Counted from the stretch's first letter, positions 18,822 to 29,856 are shown. The stretch: DNA of 64,000 nucleotides from a candidate division LCP-89 bacterium B3_LCP (GCA_005223185.1 NJBN01000001.1:441365-505364), one strand, 5' to 3'. Program-made: numbers and translations. The notes: generated by a model not told the origin, from the sequence alone.

Positions 18822-19616
18822 TTAAGGTAAGCTGATACGCTCTATACTCAGAGCTTTACCCGTTTCCTGGTTAATAGAAACGAGCACGGCGTTCATGCGG
18901 ATGTTATCGTGTGCCATCTGATAGCGTTGGGGAACACCGCCGATGAAGCGTTGCAGTGCAACTTTCTTATCCAGACCGATTACGGAATCGAACGGTCCCG
19001 TCATCCCCGCATCGGAGATGTATGCCGTTCCTTCGGGGAGAATTCGTTCATCTGCGGTTTGCACGTGCGTATGAGTCCCAATCACCGCTGAAACCATGCC
19101 GTCCAGATACCAGGCTAATGCCTGTTTTTCTGCTGTGGCTTCAGCGTGTATATCGACGATGATCAGAGGGGTCTTCTTTCTCAGTTGTTCAACTTCCTTT
19201 TTCCCCCTACGGAAGGGACAGTCGATGGGGTACATAAAGGTTCGCCCCTGCAGGTTAAGTACGGCGATTTCCCCACCTTTGGATAATGCGTAAACACCTG
19301 ATCCAGAGCCAGGGCTTCCGTCAGGGTAGTTCAGGGGGCGTAATAGTGTAGTCTCATCATCTAAGAGTCTACGTCCTTTGTGGTGATCCCAGATATGATT
19401 GCCGCTGGTGATCACATCGATACCCACCTGCCGAAACACGGAGAATTCCGAAGGAGTGATACTCTTACCTTCATGAGCATTTTCCCCGTTGGCGATGCAG
19501 AAATCCACGTTATATTGGCGCAGAAGAGAAGATAGAAAACGGGAGGTTATATCCAATCCCGGTTTGCCTACGATATCGGCTATGAACAGAACGTTGATCT
19601 TTGGTGATTTTGTCAT
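18822..19616 (-). CDS. ymdB: YmdB-family metallophosphoesterase (2',3'-cyclic-nucleotide phosphodiesterase-like)
   Basis: MTKSPKINVLFIADIVGKPG…IANGENAHEGKSIT…GIDVITSGNHIWDHH matches the YmdB/TIGR00282 pattern; lies directly downstream of rny as in Bacillus. Confidence 0.75.
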   Translation of the reverse strand: MTKSPKINVLFIADIVGKPGLDITSRFLSSLLRQYNVDFCIANGENAHEGKSITPSEFSVFRQVGIDVITSGNHIWDHHKGRRLLDDETTLLRPLNYPDGSPGSGSGVYALSKGGEIAVLNLQGRTFMYPIDCPFRRGKKEVEQLRKKTPLIIVDIHAEATAEKQALAWYLDGMVSAVIGTHTHVQTADERILPEGTAYISDAGMTGPFDSVIGLDKKVALQRFIGGVPQRYQMAHDNIRMNAVLVSINQETGKALSIERISLP

Positions 19617-19630
19617 ATTTGACTACTTCA

Positions 19631-21193
19631 TCATTTGGCGTAATCGACAGCTCTGAATTCACGAATAACCGTAACCTTGATCTGCCCGGGATATTCCATT
19701 TCATCCTGAATTTTCTGAGCTATTTCACTGGCTAACTGCCCGGAAGCGCCGTCGTCCACTTTCTCGGATTCAACCATAACCCGTACTTCACGTCCAGCCT
19801 GGATGGCGAAAGTTTTCGATACGCCGGAAAATGACGTCGCAACTTCTTCCAATCTTTCCAGGCGTTTGACGTAACCTTCCAGGGTTTCCCGTCGTGCTCC
19901 CGGTCGGGACCCGGATATTGCATCAGCAGCTTGCACCAGAACAGAGATCGGTGATATTACTTCCACGTCTTCATGATGCGATGCAATGGCGTTCTGGACG
20001 ATGTCATTCTCGCGATATTTCTTAGCTAAATCTACCCCAATAGTGGTGTGTGTACCTTCAGTATAGCGGTCGATGGCTTTGCCTACATCATGCAATAGAC
20101 CTGCACGTTTGGCAATCTTACCATCAAGCTCGAGTTCAGAAGCCATTAAACCCGACAGGTATGACACTTCTATTGAATGCTGCAATACATTCTGTCCATA
20201 AGAGGTCCTGTAATGAAGTTTGCCCATGAGTTTGATCAGTTCCGGGTGCAGTCCGTGAACGCCAGTGTCCAGACAAGCTTGTTCACCGATCTGAACGATC
20301 TGCTCGTTCATTTCCGTTTCGACCTTGGCAACGACTTCTTCTATGCGGCCTGGATGAATGCGGCCGTCGGTTACCAGTTTTTCCAGGGCGATGCGTGCTA
20401 CTTCCCTGCGGAAAGGATCGAACCCTGATAGTACAACCGTTTCGGGAGTATCGTCCACGATGATTTCGACGCCCGTGGCGTTTTCAAAGGAGCGAATGTT
20501 TCTTCCTTCACGACCGATAATTCTTCCCTTTAGGTCATCGTTGGGCAGATTGACCACTGATACAGTTGTCTCCACGCTGTGCTCCACGGCAGAACACTGT
20601 ATAGCTTGAGTGATGATCTCTTTTGCTTCGCGGTTAGCGGTCAGCTTTGCCTGATCGCGCATCTCCTTCACTGCTTCAGCAGTCTCCTGACGAGCGCGCT
20701 CAGTAAGGTTATGTTTGAGTTGCTCCAGCGCTTCTTCTGCGGTCATCCTGGCAATGCGTTCCAATTGCTGGTTAGCTTCCTGCAACTGTTCTTCCAGGTA
20801 TCCAGCTTTTTTGTCGTATTCTCGCTGTTGATTGGATAGACGATCTTGTTCTGATTTTAGATTGCGGGACGATCTGTCAAGCTCTTCCGTGCGGTGTTTC
20901 AGTGAATGCTCCCGGTCAGCAACTCTCCTTTCATGATCTTCCAGCTTCTTCCTGCGTGCTTCAGCCTGTGATTCGAATTTTGATCTTAACTCGATCTGTT
21001 GATCTTTTGCCTCCAGGATCTTCTCTTTCTTTAAAGTCTCAGCTTCTTTTTCCGCTTCCTGCAGAATACGTTCGGCTGTTCGATTGGCAGAATCGACACG
21101 CTTCTGATCGATTATGTACCGCACAGACCAACCGACTAAGATACCTATCAAAGCCGTTGATAAAGCGAAAACTATTGATGTTATTGAGAACAT
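19631..21193 (-). CDS. rny: Ribonuclease Y
   Basis: N-terminal TM helix, long coiled-coil (EAE/RR-rich), KH segment ([22 protein letters not shown]) and HD domain ([13 protein letters not shown]…LLHDVGK). Confidence 0.85.
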   Translation of the reverse strand: MFSITSIVFALSTALIGILVGWSVRYIIDQKRVDSANRTAERILQEAEKEAETLKKEKILEAKDQQIELRSKFESQAEARRKKLEDHERRVADREHSLKHRTEELDRSSRNLKSEQDRLSNQQREYDKKAGYLEEQLQEANQQLERIARMTAEEALEQLKHNLTERARQETAEAVKEMRDQAKLTANREAKEIITQAIQCSAVEHSVETTVSVVNLPNDDLKGRIIGREGRNIRSFENATGVEIIVDDTPETVVLSGFDPFRREVARIALEKLVTDGRIHPGRIEEVVAKVETEMNEQIVQIGEQACLDTGVHGLHPELIKLMGKLHYRTSYGQNVLQHSIEVSYLSGLMASELELDGKIAKRAGLLHDVGKAIDRYTEGTHTTIGVDLAKKYRENDIVQNAIASHHEDVEVISPISVLVQAADAISGSRPGARRETLEGYVKRLERLEEVATSFSGVSKTFAIQAGREVRVMVESEKVDDGASGQLASEIAQKIQDEMEYPGQIKVTVIREFRAVDYAK

Positions 21194-21567
21194 GGTATTT
21201 CCGTTAGTTATATAAATTAAATTCCCCCGTCAGCTATCTGCAGACTGGGGGAATGCTACCAAATAAGTTGCCCTGAAGTTGATTCGGTGCTTGTGCTACT
21301 TCAGTTCGGGCATCCATTGTTAAACTGATATATTAAATCCCCGCGAACAGCCTGCGATCATAAAGAGAACCATTTGGCCATAATGGGTGCCTCCCTAAAC
21401 GTTTCTTACGTCCTCCGCCCGGTTGGGTTCCGCTTGCGCGGAATGAGGCCTGTATTACGCGCCTGAGAGGTAGGCTCCCTCTATTTTAGTGTTGGTTCTT
21501 TTTGATCGAAACAGGCCGTCTCTACGGGGATTTTTATTGAATTTCATACTATTTATCTGATTTTTAA

Positions 21568-21876
21568 TTAGATTTGTGAACATAATTCCGCCAACTCTTT
21601 AGAACGGTCAGCGACCTTGCGATAGAAATTGGCAGTCTGATCCTCATAATTGGACAACTGCTTACGAGTCCTCAGTAATTCATCCGCTATATTCAAAGCC
21701 GTTAAGATGGCATTCTTCAATGGTGGTATGTCAGAACGCATCTGTAAAAGTAGCTTCATGCGTTTATCGACTATCTCGGCAACTTCCTTAAGGTATTCCT
21801 CATCATCGTAACCAGTTACCGTGTATTCGATATCAAGAATTTTAATCCGTACCGGTGTTTTCGGTTCAGTTGGCAA
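21568..21876 (-). CDS. zapA: Cell-division protein ZapA
   Basis: About 100-aa protein (VRIKILDIEYTVTGYDDEEYLKEVAEIVDKRM…LNIADELL) in the ZapA position downstream of pheT, as in Bacillus. Confidence 0.6.
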   Translation of the reverse strand: MPTEPKTPVRIKILDIEYTVTGYDDEEYLKEVAEIVDKRMKLLLQMRSDIPPLKNAILTALNIADELLRTRKQLSNYEDQTANFYRKVADRSKELAELCSQI

Positions 21877-21917
21877 TGGTATTCCAAGAAATATTATCGT
21901 CAGCTCGATTCTGAAAA

Positions 21918-22229
21918 CTAAAACTCTTCAAGCTTCTTTAAAATAGCTTGAAGTTTCTCCCTGATTTTCCTCTCCTTTTCGGGATCGAACTGGCTATTAA
22001 GTGTTTCCCCTAGCTGGATTGAATTTGATTTTATCTCTCGATTCGCTGTTTCCAGCTCAGCCTTTAAAACAGCTATCTCATTATTAAGCTTTTCGTTATC
22101 CTGCCGCGCTTCCGCCAGAGCGCTGATTACATTTACTACTTTGAGTTCCAGTTCGTCGAAAGCTGAAAGGTCGCCTAATAGGCTGATTTCGAACTGAATT
22201 TTCTCTTCTTGTTGATCTTCAATTGCCAT
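21918..22229 (-). CDS. Small coiled-coil protein (ZapB-like?)
   Basis: 103 aa, almost entirely heptad-like E/K/L-rich sequence, between pheT and zapA. Confidence 0.35.
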   Translation of the reverse strand: MAIEDQQEEKIQFEISLLGDLSAFDELELKVVNVISALAEARQDNEKLNNEIAVLKAELETANREIKSNSIQLGETLNSQFDPEKERKIREKLQAILKKLEEF

Positions 22230-22231
22230 AG

Positions 22232-24613
22232 TCAGGATCTAAGTTTTCCTCCGAATTTCCCTTCAACTTCGCTGACGATGGCACGGATCAGCTCATCTGC
22301 TTCTTCATCCGTCAGTGTGCGTACGGGAGATTGGAAGTACAAACGGAACGCAATGCTCTTCTTACCTTCCCCAACCTGGGGTCCGCGATAGACGTCAAAG
22401 AGTTCGCATACAGCCAATTGGTCTCCACCAATCGCTTTAATTCTTTCAGAAATATCCCCTGCAGGAATTTCTTCATTCAATGTGAATGCCAGATCCCGCT
22501 GCAGTGGAGGAAACTTCGGGTATGACCTGTATGCCGGTCGGTTCAGCGAAGCTTCCCGCAGAGCATCTATGCCGAACTCAAAGCAGAAGACAGGTTCATC
22601 TATATCAAAGGACTGAGCAACCGATGGGTGAATCTGTCCGAACGTTCCTGCAAGTGCATCTGCAACCTTCAAGCCAACAGCGTCGGCTGTATACGGAGAT
22701 ACCTCATTACTATTATAGTAAAAAAAATCGGCATTGTCAAGTGATATTTCTCGTAGCAGGTTCTGGACAGCACCTTTTAAATCGAGAAAATCGACCGCTT
22801 CTTTGTCCCGATCCCATTGTTGTGGTTCGTGAGAACCGATCATCAACCCCGCGACCACGTCCCATTCAGTTTGATCTGTCCCTTCCCGCGCGAATCCCCT
22901 GCCGATTTCAAAAAGGCGCAAATCCGGCTGACTTCTATTCAGATTGTGGGCTGCTACTTTGAGCAGACCGGGAAGCAATCCGTTACACATAAAAGCCATA
23001 TCATCACTGCCGGGATTTCTTAGTTTTACTGGTTGAGGATATCCGGGAATTTCAGACCTCTTATTAGGGAGAAAGGGAGAGGTTTTAACCTGGAAGAAAC
23101 CTAAGTTTAACAATGCATTCTGCAATCTTCCCTGAAATACCTCTTCAGGCGAATGAGTGATGTATAGAGAAATGCGCGCATCTTCAGCAGACGGAATCTG
23201 GTTGTATCCGTGCAAGCGCGCTACTTCTTCAATTAAGTCTATCTCGCGTTCCAGATCGGGACGAAAAACGGGGACGTTTACTTTTATTGGATCGTTGCCT
23301 TCAATACCACAGCCTAACCGGGACAGGTGAGTTTTAATTTCATCGGTCGGCACTTCGATGCCTAAGATAGCTGTAACTCGTTCCGGTCTCAGTTCGATGC
23401 TCTTGGGTTCGATTTTCCGAGGATATACGTCGGCAACGCCTTTCGCTGCTTCTCCGCCCGCTAAATCCAGGATCATCGCAGCAGCCATGTCCAGTGCTCT
23501 GACAGTCGCTTCGGGATCAGCGCCGCGCTCAAACCTACGAGATGAATCTGTTGATAAGCCCAGCAGTTTAGACGTTCGCCGGGTATTTACGGGGTCGAAA
23601 TAGGCGCTTTCCAGCAGCAAGTCTTTGGTGTCATCGGATATTTCACTATTTAATCCACCCATAACGCCTGCTAATGCCACGCCTTCCTTGCCATCACAAA
23701 TCAGCAGCATTTTGTTGTCAAGTCGGCGTTCTTCCTCATCGAGTGTGATAAATTTCTGCCCAGCTTCAGCACGCCGCACCACGATTCTCTTTTCAACTAA
23801 GCGATCCAGATCGAAGGCGTGCATGGGGTGTCCCATTTCAAGCATCACGTAATTGGTAACGTCAACTACGTTGTTGATGGGTCTGAGTCCCACAGCTTCC
23901 AAACGCCAGCGCAGCCAGTCAGGTGAATCTGTGATTTTAATATTGCGAATTATCCTGGCGCTGTAACGCGGGCAGAGTTCCGATTCTTCTATTGTGATTG
24001 AAGTGAGTTCTCCTATCGAAGGACCAGCCTCCTTTACCTTGAATTGGGGAACTTCAAATGGGATTCCCAGCGTTGCCGCGGCTTCTCTGGCAACGCCAAT
24101 ATGAGACAGGCAATCCGGTCGGTTGAGGGTTACTTCTATCTCCAAAGACCAGTCTCTGGGACCCAGAGCGTCTCTTAGGTGTGCACCAACTTGCACCGAA
24201 GAATCCAGGACCATGATGCCGTCGGCATCTTCGCTTAATCCCAGTTCGACGCCTGAACAGATCATTCCCTCCGAAAGCACGCCGCGGATCTCCCGAGATT
24301 CTAAGGTCAGGCCATTAGGCAGTGTTACCCCCAAACCAGCGAAAGCGATATGCTGATCTTGTGCTACGTTGGGAGCGCCACAGACTACCTCCTTCGTTGA
24401 ATCTCCCAAATCTACTTTGCACAACTTCAGGCGGTCGGCATTGGGGTGAGGTTTTACTTCTAAGACTTTGCCTATAAAGATACCATCAAGATCGGGGCCC
24501 ACCGGTTCCAGGCTCTCGACCTCCAGGCCTGCCATGGTGAGAACTTCGGCTAACTCTTGGGGGGCGAGGGAAAAATCGACAATATCTTTCAACCAAAGGT
24601 AGGAAATACGCAT
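22232..24613 (-). CDS. pheT: Phenylalanine--tRNA ligase beta subunit
   Basis: 793 aa; N-terminal tRNA-binding domain (MRISYLWLKDIVDF…GKVLEVKPHPNADRL), B3/4 and B5 regions; directly downstream of pheS. Confidence 0.9.
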   Translation of the reverse strand: MRISYLWLKDIVDFSLAPQELAEVLTMAGLEVESLEPVGPDLDGIFIGKVLEVKPHPNADRLKLCKVDLGDSTKEVVCGAPNVAQDQHIAFAGLGVTLPNGLTLESREIRGVLSEGMICSGVELGLSEDADGIMVLDSSVQVGAHLRDALGPRDWSLEIEVTLNRPDCLSHIGVAREAAATLGIPFEVPQFKVKEAGPSIGELTSITIEESELCPRYSARIIRNIKITDSPDWLRWRLEAVGLRPINNVVDVTNYVMLEMGHPMHAFDLDRLVEKRIVVRRAEAGQKFITLDEEERRLDNKMLLICDGKEGVALAGVMGGLNSEISDDTKDLLLESAYFDPVNTRRTSKLLGLSTDSSRRFERGADPEATVRALDMAAAMILDLAGGEAAKGVADVYPRKIEPKSIELRPERVTAILGIEVPTDEIKTHLSRLGCGIEGNDPIKVNVPVFRPDLEREIDLIEEVARLHGYNQIPSAEDARISLYITHSPEEVFQGRLQNALLNLGFFQVKTSPFLPNKRSEIPGYPQPVKLRNPGSDDMAFMCNGLLPGLLKVAAHNLNRSQPDLRLFEIGRGFAREGTDQTEWDVVAGLMIGSHEPQQWDRDKEAVDFLDLKGAVQNLLREISLDNADFFYYNSNEVSPYTADAVGLKVADALAGTFGQIHPSVAQSFDIDEPVFCFEFGIDALREASLNRPAYRSYPKFPPLQRDLAFTLNEEIPAGDISERIKAIGGDQLAVCELFDVYRGPQVGEGKKSIAFRLYFQSPVRTLTDEEADELIRAIVSEVEGKFGGKLRS

Positions 24614-24618
24614 GATAG

Positions 24619-25623
24619 TTAAAATTGACGTAAAAAGCGCAGGTCATTCTCATAAAATAGCCGGATATCATCGACGCCGTACCAGACCATGGCAGTTCGT
24701 TCGATGCCCAACCCGAAGGCATATCCGGTCCACACTTCAGGGTCAACGCCTACACCTTCCAGGACTTTAGGATCGACCATACCTGATCCGCCCATTTCGA
24801 TCCAGCCTGTGTGCTTGCAAACGCGGCAACCGTCTCCGCCGCATAGATAGCACGACGCATCCACTTCAGCCGATGGTTCGGTGAAGGGGAAATAATGCGG
24901 GCGGAACCTGATTTCCGTTTCCGGACCGAAAAAACGGCGGTAGAAAGCTAAAAGCGTTCCTTTCAGGTCAGCGAAGGTAACTCCTTTATCTACATATAGT
25001 CCTTCGACCTGGTGAAATACCGGGAAATGGGTAGGGTCCGGTTTATCGTTGCGGTAAACGCGGCCGGGAGCGATCATCCTTACCGGAAGTTTTCCCCGTT
25101 CCAGCACATGGATCTGTACTGGACTGGTTTCGGTTCGCAAGAGCTTTTCGTCATCGAAGTAAAACGTGTCAGCGTCATCGCGCGCCGGATGCCATTCAGG
25201 CGTATTGAGTGCAGTAAAATTGTAGTAAACTGTCTCGATTTCAGGACCGGTTTCCACCGTGAATCCCATGGATCGAAAGATGTCCTTAACGCGCTCTTCA
25301 ATCTGGACTAAAGGGTGTAATTTTCCCACTTGAGAGCGTCTTCCAGGCAGAGTCCTGTCCAACGTAGGCTGGGATAACTGCGCGTTTTGAAGCTGAATCT
25401 GCCGCCGGGAAATGCCTTCCTGCACTCGCTCTTTAAGCAAGTTCAGTTCAGCGCCGCGGGCTGGCCGTTCACGGGGAGACAATTTTCCCAATTGCTTGAA
25501 CTCCTGGGTTACCAGACCCTTCTTACCCAGGAAACGAACGCGCAGATCGTCTAAGGCTTGCGCGTCATTCACTTCCTTCAGTTCGTTTTCGAACTGTTGG
25601 ATTAGATCATTCTGATCGGGCAT
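24619..25623 (-). CDS. pheS: Phenylalanine--tRNA ligase alpha subunit
   Basis: 334 aa with class II aaRS motifs (…FRPHYFPFTEPSAEVD…GWIEMGGSGMVDP…). Confidence 0.9.
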   Translation of the reverse strand: MPDQNDLIQQFENELKEVNDAQALDDLRVRFLGKKGLVTQEFKQLGKLSPRERPARGAELNLLKERVQEGISRRQIQLQNAQLSQPTLDRTLPGRRSQVGKLHPLVQIEERVKDIFRSMGFTVETGPEIETVYYNFTALNTPEWHPARDDADTFYFDDEKLLRTETSPVQIHVLERGKLPVRMIAPGRVYRNDKPDPTHFPVFHQVEGLYVDKGVTFADLKGTLLAFYRRFFGPETEIRFRPHYFPFTEPSAEVDASCYLCGGDGCRVCKHTGWIEMGGSGMVDPKVLEGVGVDPEVWTGYAFGLGIERTAMVWYGVDDIRLFYENDLRFLRQF

Positions 25624-25647
25624 AATCTATATTAGGAAGTGCATTTT

Positions 25648-25995
25648 TTAAGATTTTACCAGTTCTACTATTTGGGCAAAGGATTCCGGGTCGCGAGCGG
25701 CGATATCCGCTAATATGCGGCGATCCAGATCGAATCCTTTCTCTTTAAGCCCATGCAGAAAAGTCGAATAACTCAATCCGTGTTCACGGCAGGCAGCGTT
25801 GATGCGTACTATCCATAGTCTGCGGAACTCGCGTTTACGCTGTCTGCGGTCGCGGTAAGCATACAGGTTAGCTTTATCTACAGCCTGGCGAGCGCTGGTA
25901 ATTAACCTCGATCTCGCGCCCCAATAACCCTTTGCCGACTTGATGATTTTTTTCCGTCGGCGTCGTGAGGCGACAATGTTTGAAGCTCTGGGCAC
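25648..25995 (-). CDS. rplT: 50S ribosomal protein L20
   Basis: 115 aa, [31 protein letters not shown]…. Confidence 0.9.
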   Translation of the reverse strand: MPRASNIVASRRRRKKIIKSAKGYWGARSRLITSARQAVDKANLYAYRDRRQRKREFRRLWIVRINAACREHGLSYSTFLHGLKEKGFDLDRRILADIAARDPESFAQIVELVKS

Positions 25996-26009
25996 AGATA
26001 CTCCTTATT

Positions 26010-26204
26010 TCATGTTATAATCATTTTGCGAACTCGGCGCAAATCGGCGTTGTCGATTAAACTGGCTTTACGCAGGTTACGCTTGCGCTTGCTGGTTTTT
26101 TTCGTCAGGATATGCGATGCATACGCCTTTTTACGCTTAATCTTGCCACTGGCGCTGAAACGAAAACGCTTGGCAGCACCCCGTTTTGTCTTCATCTTGG
26201 GCAT
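26010..26204 (-). CDS. rpmI: 50S ribosomal protein L35
   Basis: 64 aa, [26 protein letters not shown]…. Confidence 0.9.
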   Translation of the reverse strand: MPKMKTKRGAAKRFRFSASGKIKRKKAYASHILTKKTSKRKRNLRKASLIDNADLRRVRKMIIT

Positions 26205-26354
26205 AGTAACCCCGATAGTTTTCTTTGTCTTTTGGTATTTAATAACGACCGATTTATCAATTTGAAATTGTCAGCCGTCTTCGATGAAATTCAATCTATA
26301 TCGATATATGTGAACTAAACAGAAGTCCCCGTTACTGAAATAGGATATGGCGAT

Positions 26355-26891
26355 TTATTTCTTCACCAATATGACAACCATGTTGCGATGACCTTCCATC
26401 TTGGGAGCAGATTCAAGTTTGGCAATATCTTCCAGCGTTTCAACAAATTTCTCAATGATCTTTACGCCAAATTCTTTATGCGTGATTAAACGTCCCCGGA
26501 AAAGAACGGTAACCTTTACTTTATTCCCCTGAACAAGAAATTTTCGAGCTGCTTCAGCTTTGAAATTAAAATCGTGATCGCTGATCTTGGGGCTCAAACG
26601 AATGCCTTTTATCTGACCGGCAGGCTGTTTCTTTGAGCTTTTCTCACGCTTGGCTATTTCATAACGATATTTACCAAAATCCATAACACGGCAGACCGGG
26701 GGTTTAGCTTGCGGTGCTATGAGTACCAGGTCAAGCTCGCTTGAGTCAGCAATACGTCTCGCCTCACCTATATCCACGATCCCGGCCTGCCCGCCATCAG
26801 CATCGATGAGACGGACTGGCGTTACCCTGATCTGATCGTTGATAAAAACCCGCTTTCTCCGTGAGGCTGGAGTGATAGTTTTTTTTCTAAT
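26355..26891 (-). CDS. infC: Translation initiation factor IF-3, probably initiating at AUU
   Basis: The ORF-track entry starts at GTG 26777 (140 aa), but the frame continues upstream as IRKKTITPASRRKRVFINDQIRVTPVRLIDADGGQAGIV, which matches the IF3 N-domain. The first in-frame candidate is ATT at 26889-26891, 2 nt after the thrS stop. AUU initiation of infC is established in E. coli. Confidence 0.75.
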   Translation of the reverse strand: MRKKTITPASRRKRVFINDQIRVTPVRLIDADGGQAGIVDIGEARRIADSSELDLVLIAPQAKPPVCRVMDFGKYRYEIAKREKSSKKQPAGQIKGIRLSPKISDHDFNFKAEAARKFLVQGNKVKVTVLFRGRLITHKEFGVKIIEKFVETLEDIAKLESAPKMEGHRNMVVILVKK

Positions 26892-26893
26892 CC

Positions 26894-28810
26894 CTAACCT
26901 CCTGTGGCTACAGCCTGTTTGTTCTTGATTTTTTCCCTCATGAATGAAACCACCTCTTCTACGGACTGACTCCCCTGATCTCCCTTCCCTTTCAGGCGAA
27001 GCGAAACTGTCGAATCTTCAACTTCCCTTTTCCCCACAATCAGCATAATGGGGATCTTCTGGATTTCCGCCTCACGTATCTTCCGTCCAATCTTCTCATT
27101 ACGAACGTCAATCTCCACCCTCAGGGCAGCGGCGGACATCTCATCATATATCTTCTGCGCGTATTCATTCTGGTCGTCAGTAATGGCTAAAATCCGAGCC
27201 TGTACCGGAGCCAGCCACAGAGGAAAATCACCCGCATATTGTTCAATGAGCAGACCGATGAAACGTTCCAGCGATCCGAAAACGGCGCGATGTATCATCA
27301 CCGGCTGATGTTTGTTACCATCTGAACCGACGTACTCCAACTCGAATCTCTCGGGCATGGAGAAATCGAGCTGAATTGTGCCGCACTGCCAGGATCGTCC
27401 CAGACAATCGCGAATGTGAAAATCAATCTTCGGTCCGTAAAAGGCGCCGTCGCCGGGATTTAAGTCGTACTGGATTTCCGCTTTTGCCAGGGCGTTACCC
27501 AAAGCTGCTTCAGCTTTTTCCCAGGATTCGGCAGATCCGATCGATTTTTCAGGTTTAGTAGATAATTCCACTCGGAATTCATCAAATCCGAAAGCGCGAT
27601 ACACGCCTAAAATCAGGTGTATAACGTCAACGACCTCATTCTCTATCTGTTCCGGCAGGCAGAAGATATGAGCGTCATCGATGGAAAATGCGCGAACGCG
27701 GATAAGTCCGTGCAGTTCACCTGATCTCTCGTAGCGATGAACCAGACCCAACTCCCCCATTTTAAGGGGAAGATCTTTGTAGGAGACCTGGTAGGTTTTA
27801 TATATCAGCAAGCCACCGGGACAGTTCATGGGTTTTATGGCATAATCGCGATCTTCAACACTGGTGAAGTACATGTTCTCCCGGTAATGGTCATAATGAC
27901 CGCTGAGGTGCCAGAGAGAATCGTGCAAAAGCGTCGGGGTTTGAATTAGCTGATACCCAGCCTCCTGATGAACTTCAGTCCAGTACTTGACCACTTCGTT
28001 ATAAAGAACCTGACCCTTGGGATGCCAGAAAGGAGTACCGGGGGCTTCCGGATGGAAACTGAAGAGTTCTAAAGCTTTACCCAGGCGGCGGTGATCGCGC
28101 TTCTTGGCTTCCTCATAGCGATCCAAATGATCCTGTAGCTCTTCCGGAGTGGGATAGCAGGTGCCATATATTCGCTGCAGCATAGCTTGAGATTCATCAC
28201 CGCGCCAGTAAGCTCCAGCTAAAGAAAGCAATTTGAAATTTTTAATCCAATTAATATTGGGAACGTGGGGACCGCGGCAGAGGTCGATAAAATCACCCTG
28301 CTGATAGATGGAAACTGCCTCTTCCATCTCATCTAAAAGCTCAACCTTTAGATTTTCTCCGCGTTTTTCAAAGAGCTTGATCGCCTCTTCACGGCTGATC
28401 TCCAGTCGTTCTATAGGAAGATTTCGTTTGACGATCTTCTGCATGCGTCTCTGAACTTGATCCAGGTCTTCAGGATTTAAAAATTCAGGAAGCAGAATAT
28501 CGTAATAAAACTGGTCTTCCAGAGCTGGTCCTATACCTAGTTGCGCTTCAGGATGAAGTTCCTTCACTGCCTGCGCCATAAGGTGGGCGCAACTATGCAG
28601 CAGCACTTCTCTACCGGTGGGATCATCGAACGATATAAATTCAACCGAAGCTCCCGCTGGTACTGACTGCGTTAAATCAACGGGAATGCCGTCAACTCGT
28701 GCAGCGAAGATACGTGACCGGTTATCCGGATTCTGCTTCTTCAGCAGATCCAGTAATTTGGTATCTTCGGATACGTCAATATCTGATCCATCTTTTACCC
28801 CGGTCTTCAT
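26894..28810 (-). CDS. thrS: Threonine--tRNA ligase
   Basis: 638 aa; TGS-like N-terminus, editing region (HSCAHLMAQAV), class II catalytic core, C-terminal anticodon-binding domain. Confidence 0.9.
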   Translation of the reverse strand: MKTGVKDGSDIDVSEDTKLLDLLKKQNPDNRSRIFAARVDGIPVDLTQSVPAGASVEFISFDDPTGREVLLHSCAHLMAQAVKELHPEAQLGIGPALEDQFYYDILLPEFLNPEDLDQVQRRMQKIVKRNLPIERLEISREEAIKLFEKRGENLKVELLDEMEEAVSIYQQGDFIDLCRGPHVPNINWIKNFKLLSLAGAYWRGDESQAMLQRIYGTCYPTPEELQDHLDRYEEAKKRDHRRLGKALELFSFHPEAPGTPFWHPKGQVLYNEVVKYWTEVHQEAGYQLIQTPTLLHDSLWHLSGHYDHYRENMYFTSVEDRDYAIKPMNCPGGLLIYKTYQVSYKDLPLKMGELGLVHRYERSGELHGLIRVRAFSIDDAHIFCLPEQIENEVVDVIHLILGVYRAFGFDEFRVELSTKPEKSIGSAESWEKAEAALGNALAKAEIQYDLNPGDGAFYGPKIDFHIRDCLGRSWQCGTIQLDFSMPERFELEYVGSDGNKHQPVMIHRAVFGSLERFIGLLIEQYAGDFPLWLAPVQARILAITDDQNEYAQKIYDEMSAAALRVEIDVRNEKIGRKIREAEIQKIPIMLIVGKREVEDSTVSLRLKGKGDQGSQSVEEVVSFMREKIKNKQAVATGG

Positions 28811-29569
28811 ACGCGCAGGGCTGAAATTTCAGGCATATTCGCAAGCATAAATTATATAGAACTTGAAAGATAACTCTTTTCTCCTGCCAGTACAAGTAAA
28901 AAAAGGAAAAAACTGGTTGATAAGATTACCTTTGCAGTCGTTGTAGTTGACATATACGAGGAAAGTTAACTCTCAAGTTCGCTTAAAGTCAACAAAATAG
29001 AGCACAATAAATTGTGATGAAATGGGAATTGGTTCGGGTGCATTAACTAATACATCCGAATAAATTCGGATGCCCAATTTTTAGGTGAAGTCGCTAAAGT
29101 GACTGGTTTGTTCTACGAAATTATTCGGTACAACACAATTAAATATGTTAACAACCAGAAGGATTACCACTCAGATCGAAGTTTTAATAACACGCCATTG
29201 GCTTTAGCCAATTGACCTAAAATTCGGGCATAGGATTTTCCCGAAGGGATTCCCATGGAACAATCCTATGTCAGTAGGGATCTACTTATAATCACTTCGG
29301 GATAAAACTATCGCTTGACTCAAGGGTATAGCACGGCAGCTTGTCTGCCGCCCATTCATAGCGGGGGAAGCACACCCGCTCTACGGATCGATATTTGGAC
29401 TAATTCACCCGTTTGAAATAACAGATAAACGATCACTTCAGTGATCTGAAGTTAAGTAGCCCGGGAAATCTGTTCCCGGGTGTTGGTTGGATAACAGATC
29501 CTTTAATCCTATGACAACAAGAGCCTAGGATATTGACCCAAGCTGAATTCTAAGGCTGAAACAACTTGT

Positions 29570-29594
29570 GCCGCAGAGTCCCTGTACTCTGCAG
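29570..29594. repeat. Palindromic repeat gccgcagagtccctgtactctgcag (copy 1)
   Basis: Stem gcagagt/actctgc with a 6-nt loop; second copy at 29787-29811. Confidence 0.5.
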
Positions 29595-29786
29595 TAATAA
29601 TAACAAATACCCACAGGCTGTCATTCTGGCAAGCGTAGCGCGTCCAGAATCTGACAGCCTTACAATGTTGGGTCTCCACAGTTCAACTGTGGGTTAATCC
29701 TTCCCAAAAGAGCCTCCTTCAGGGGGCTTTAAATATCCGTAGGCCAGTGCTTTAGCGCTGGACTACTTCCCGTCAACTTGACAAGT

Positions 29787-29811
29787 GCCGCAGAGTCCCT
29801 GCACTCTGCGG
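29787..29811. repeat. Palindromic repeat gccgcagagtccctgcactctgcgg (copy 2)
   Basis: 9-bp stem ccgcagagt/actctgcgg; paired with the copy at 29570. Confidence 0.5.
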
Positions 29812-29856
29812 TAGTAATTCCAATTCCCCAGAATCACTTGGGTACAAAACTATCCC

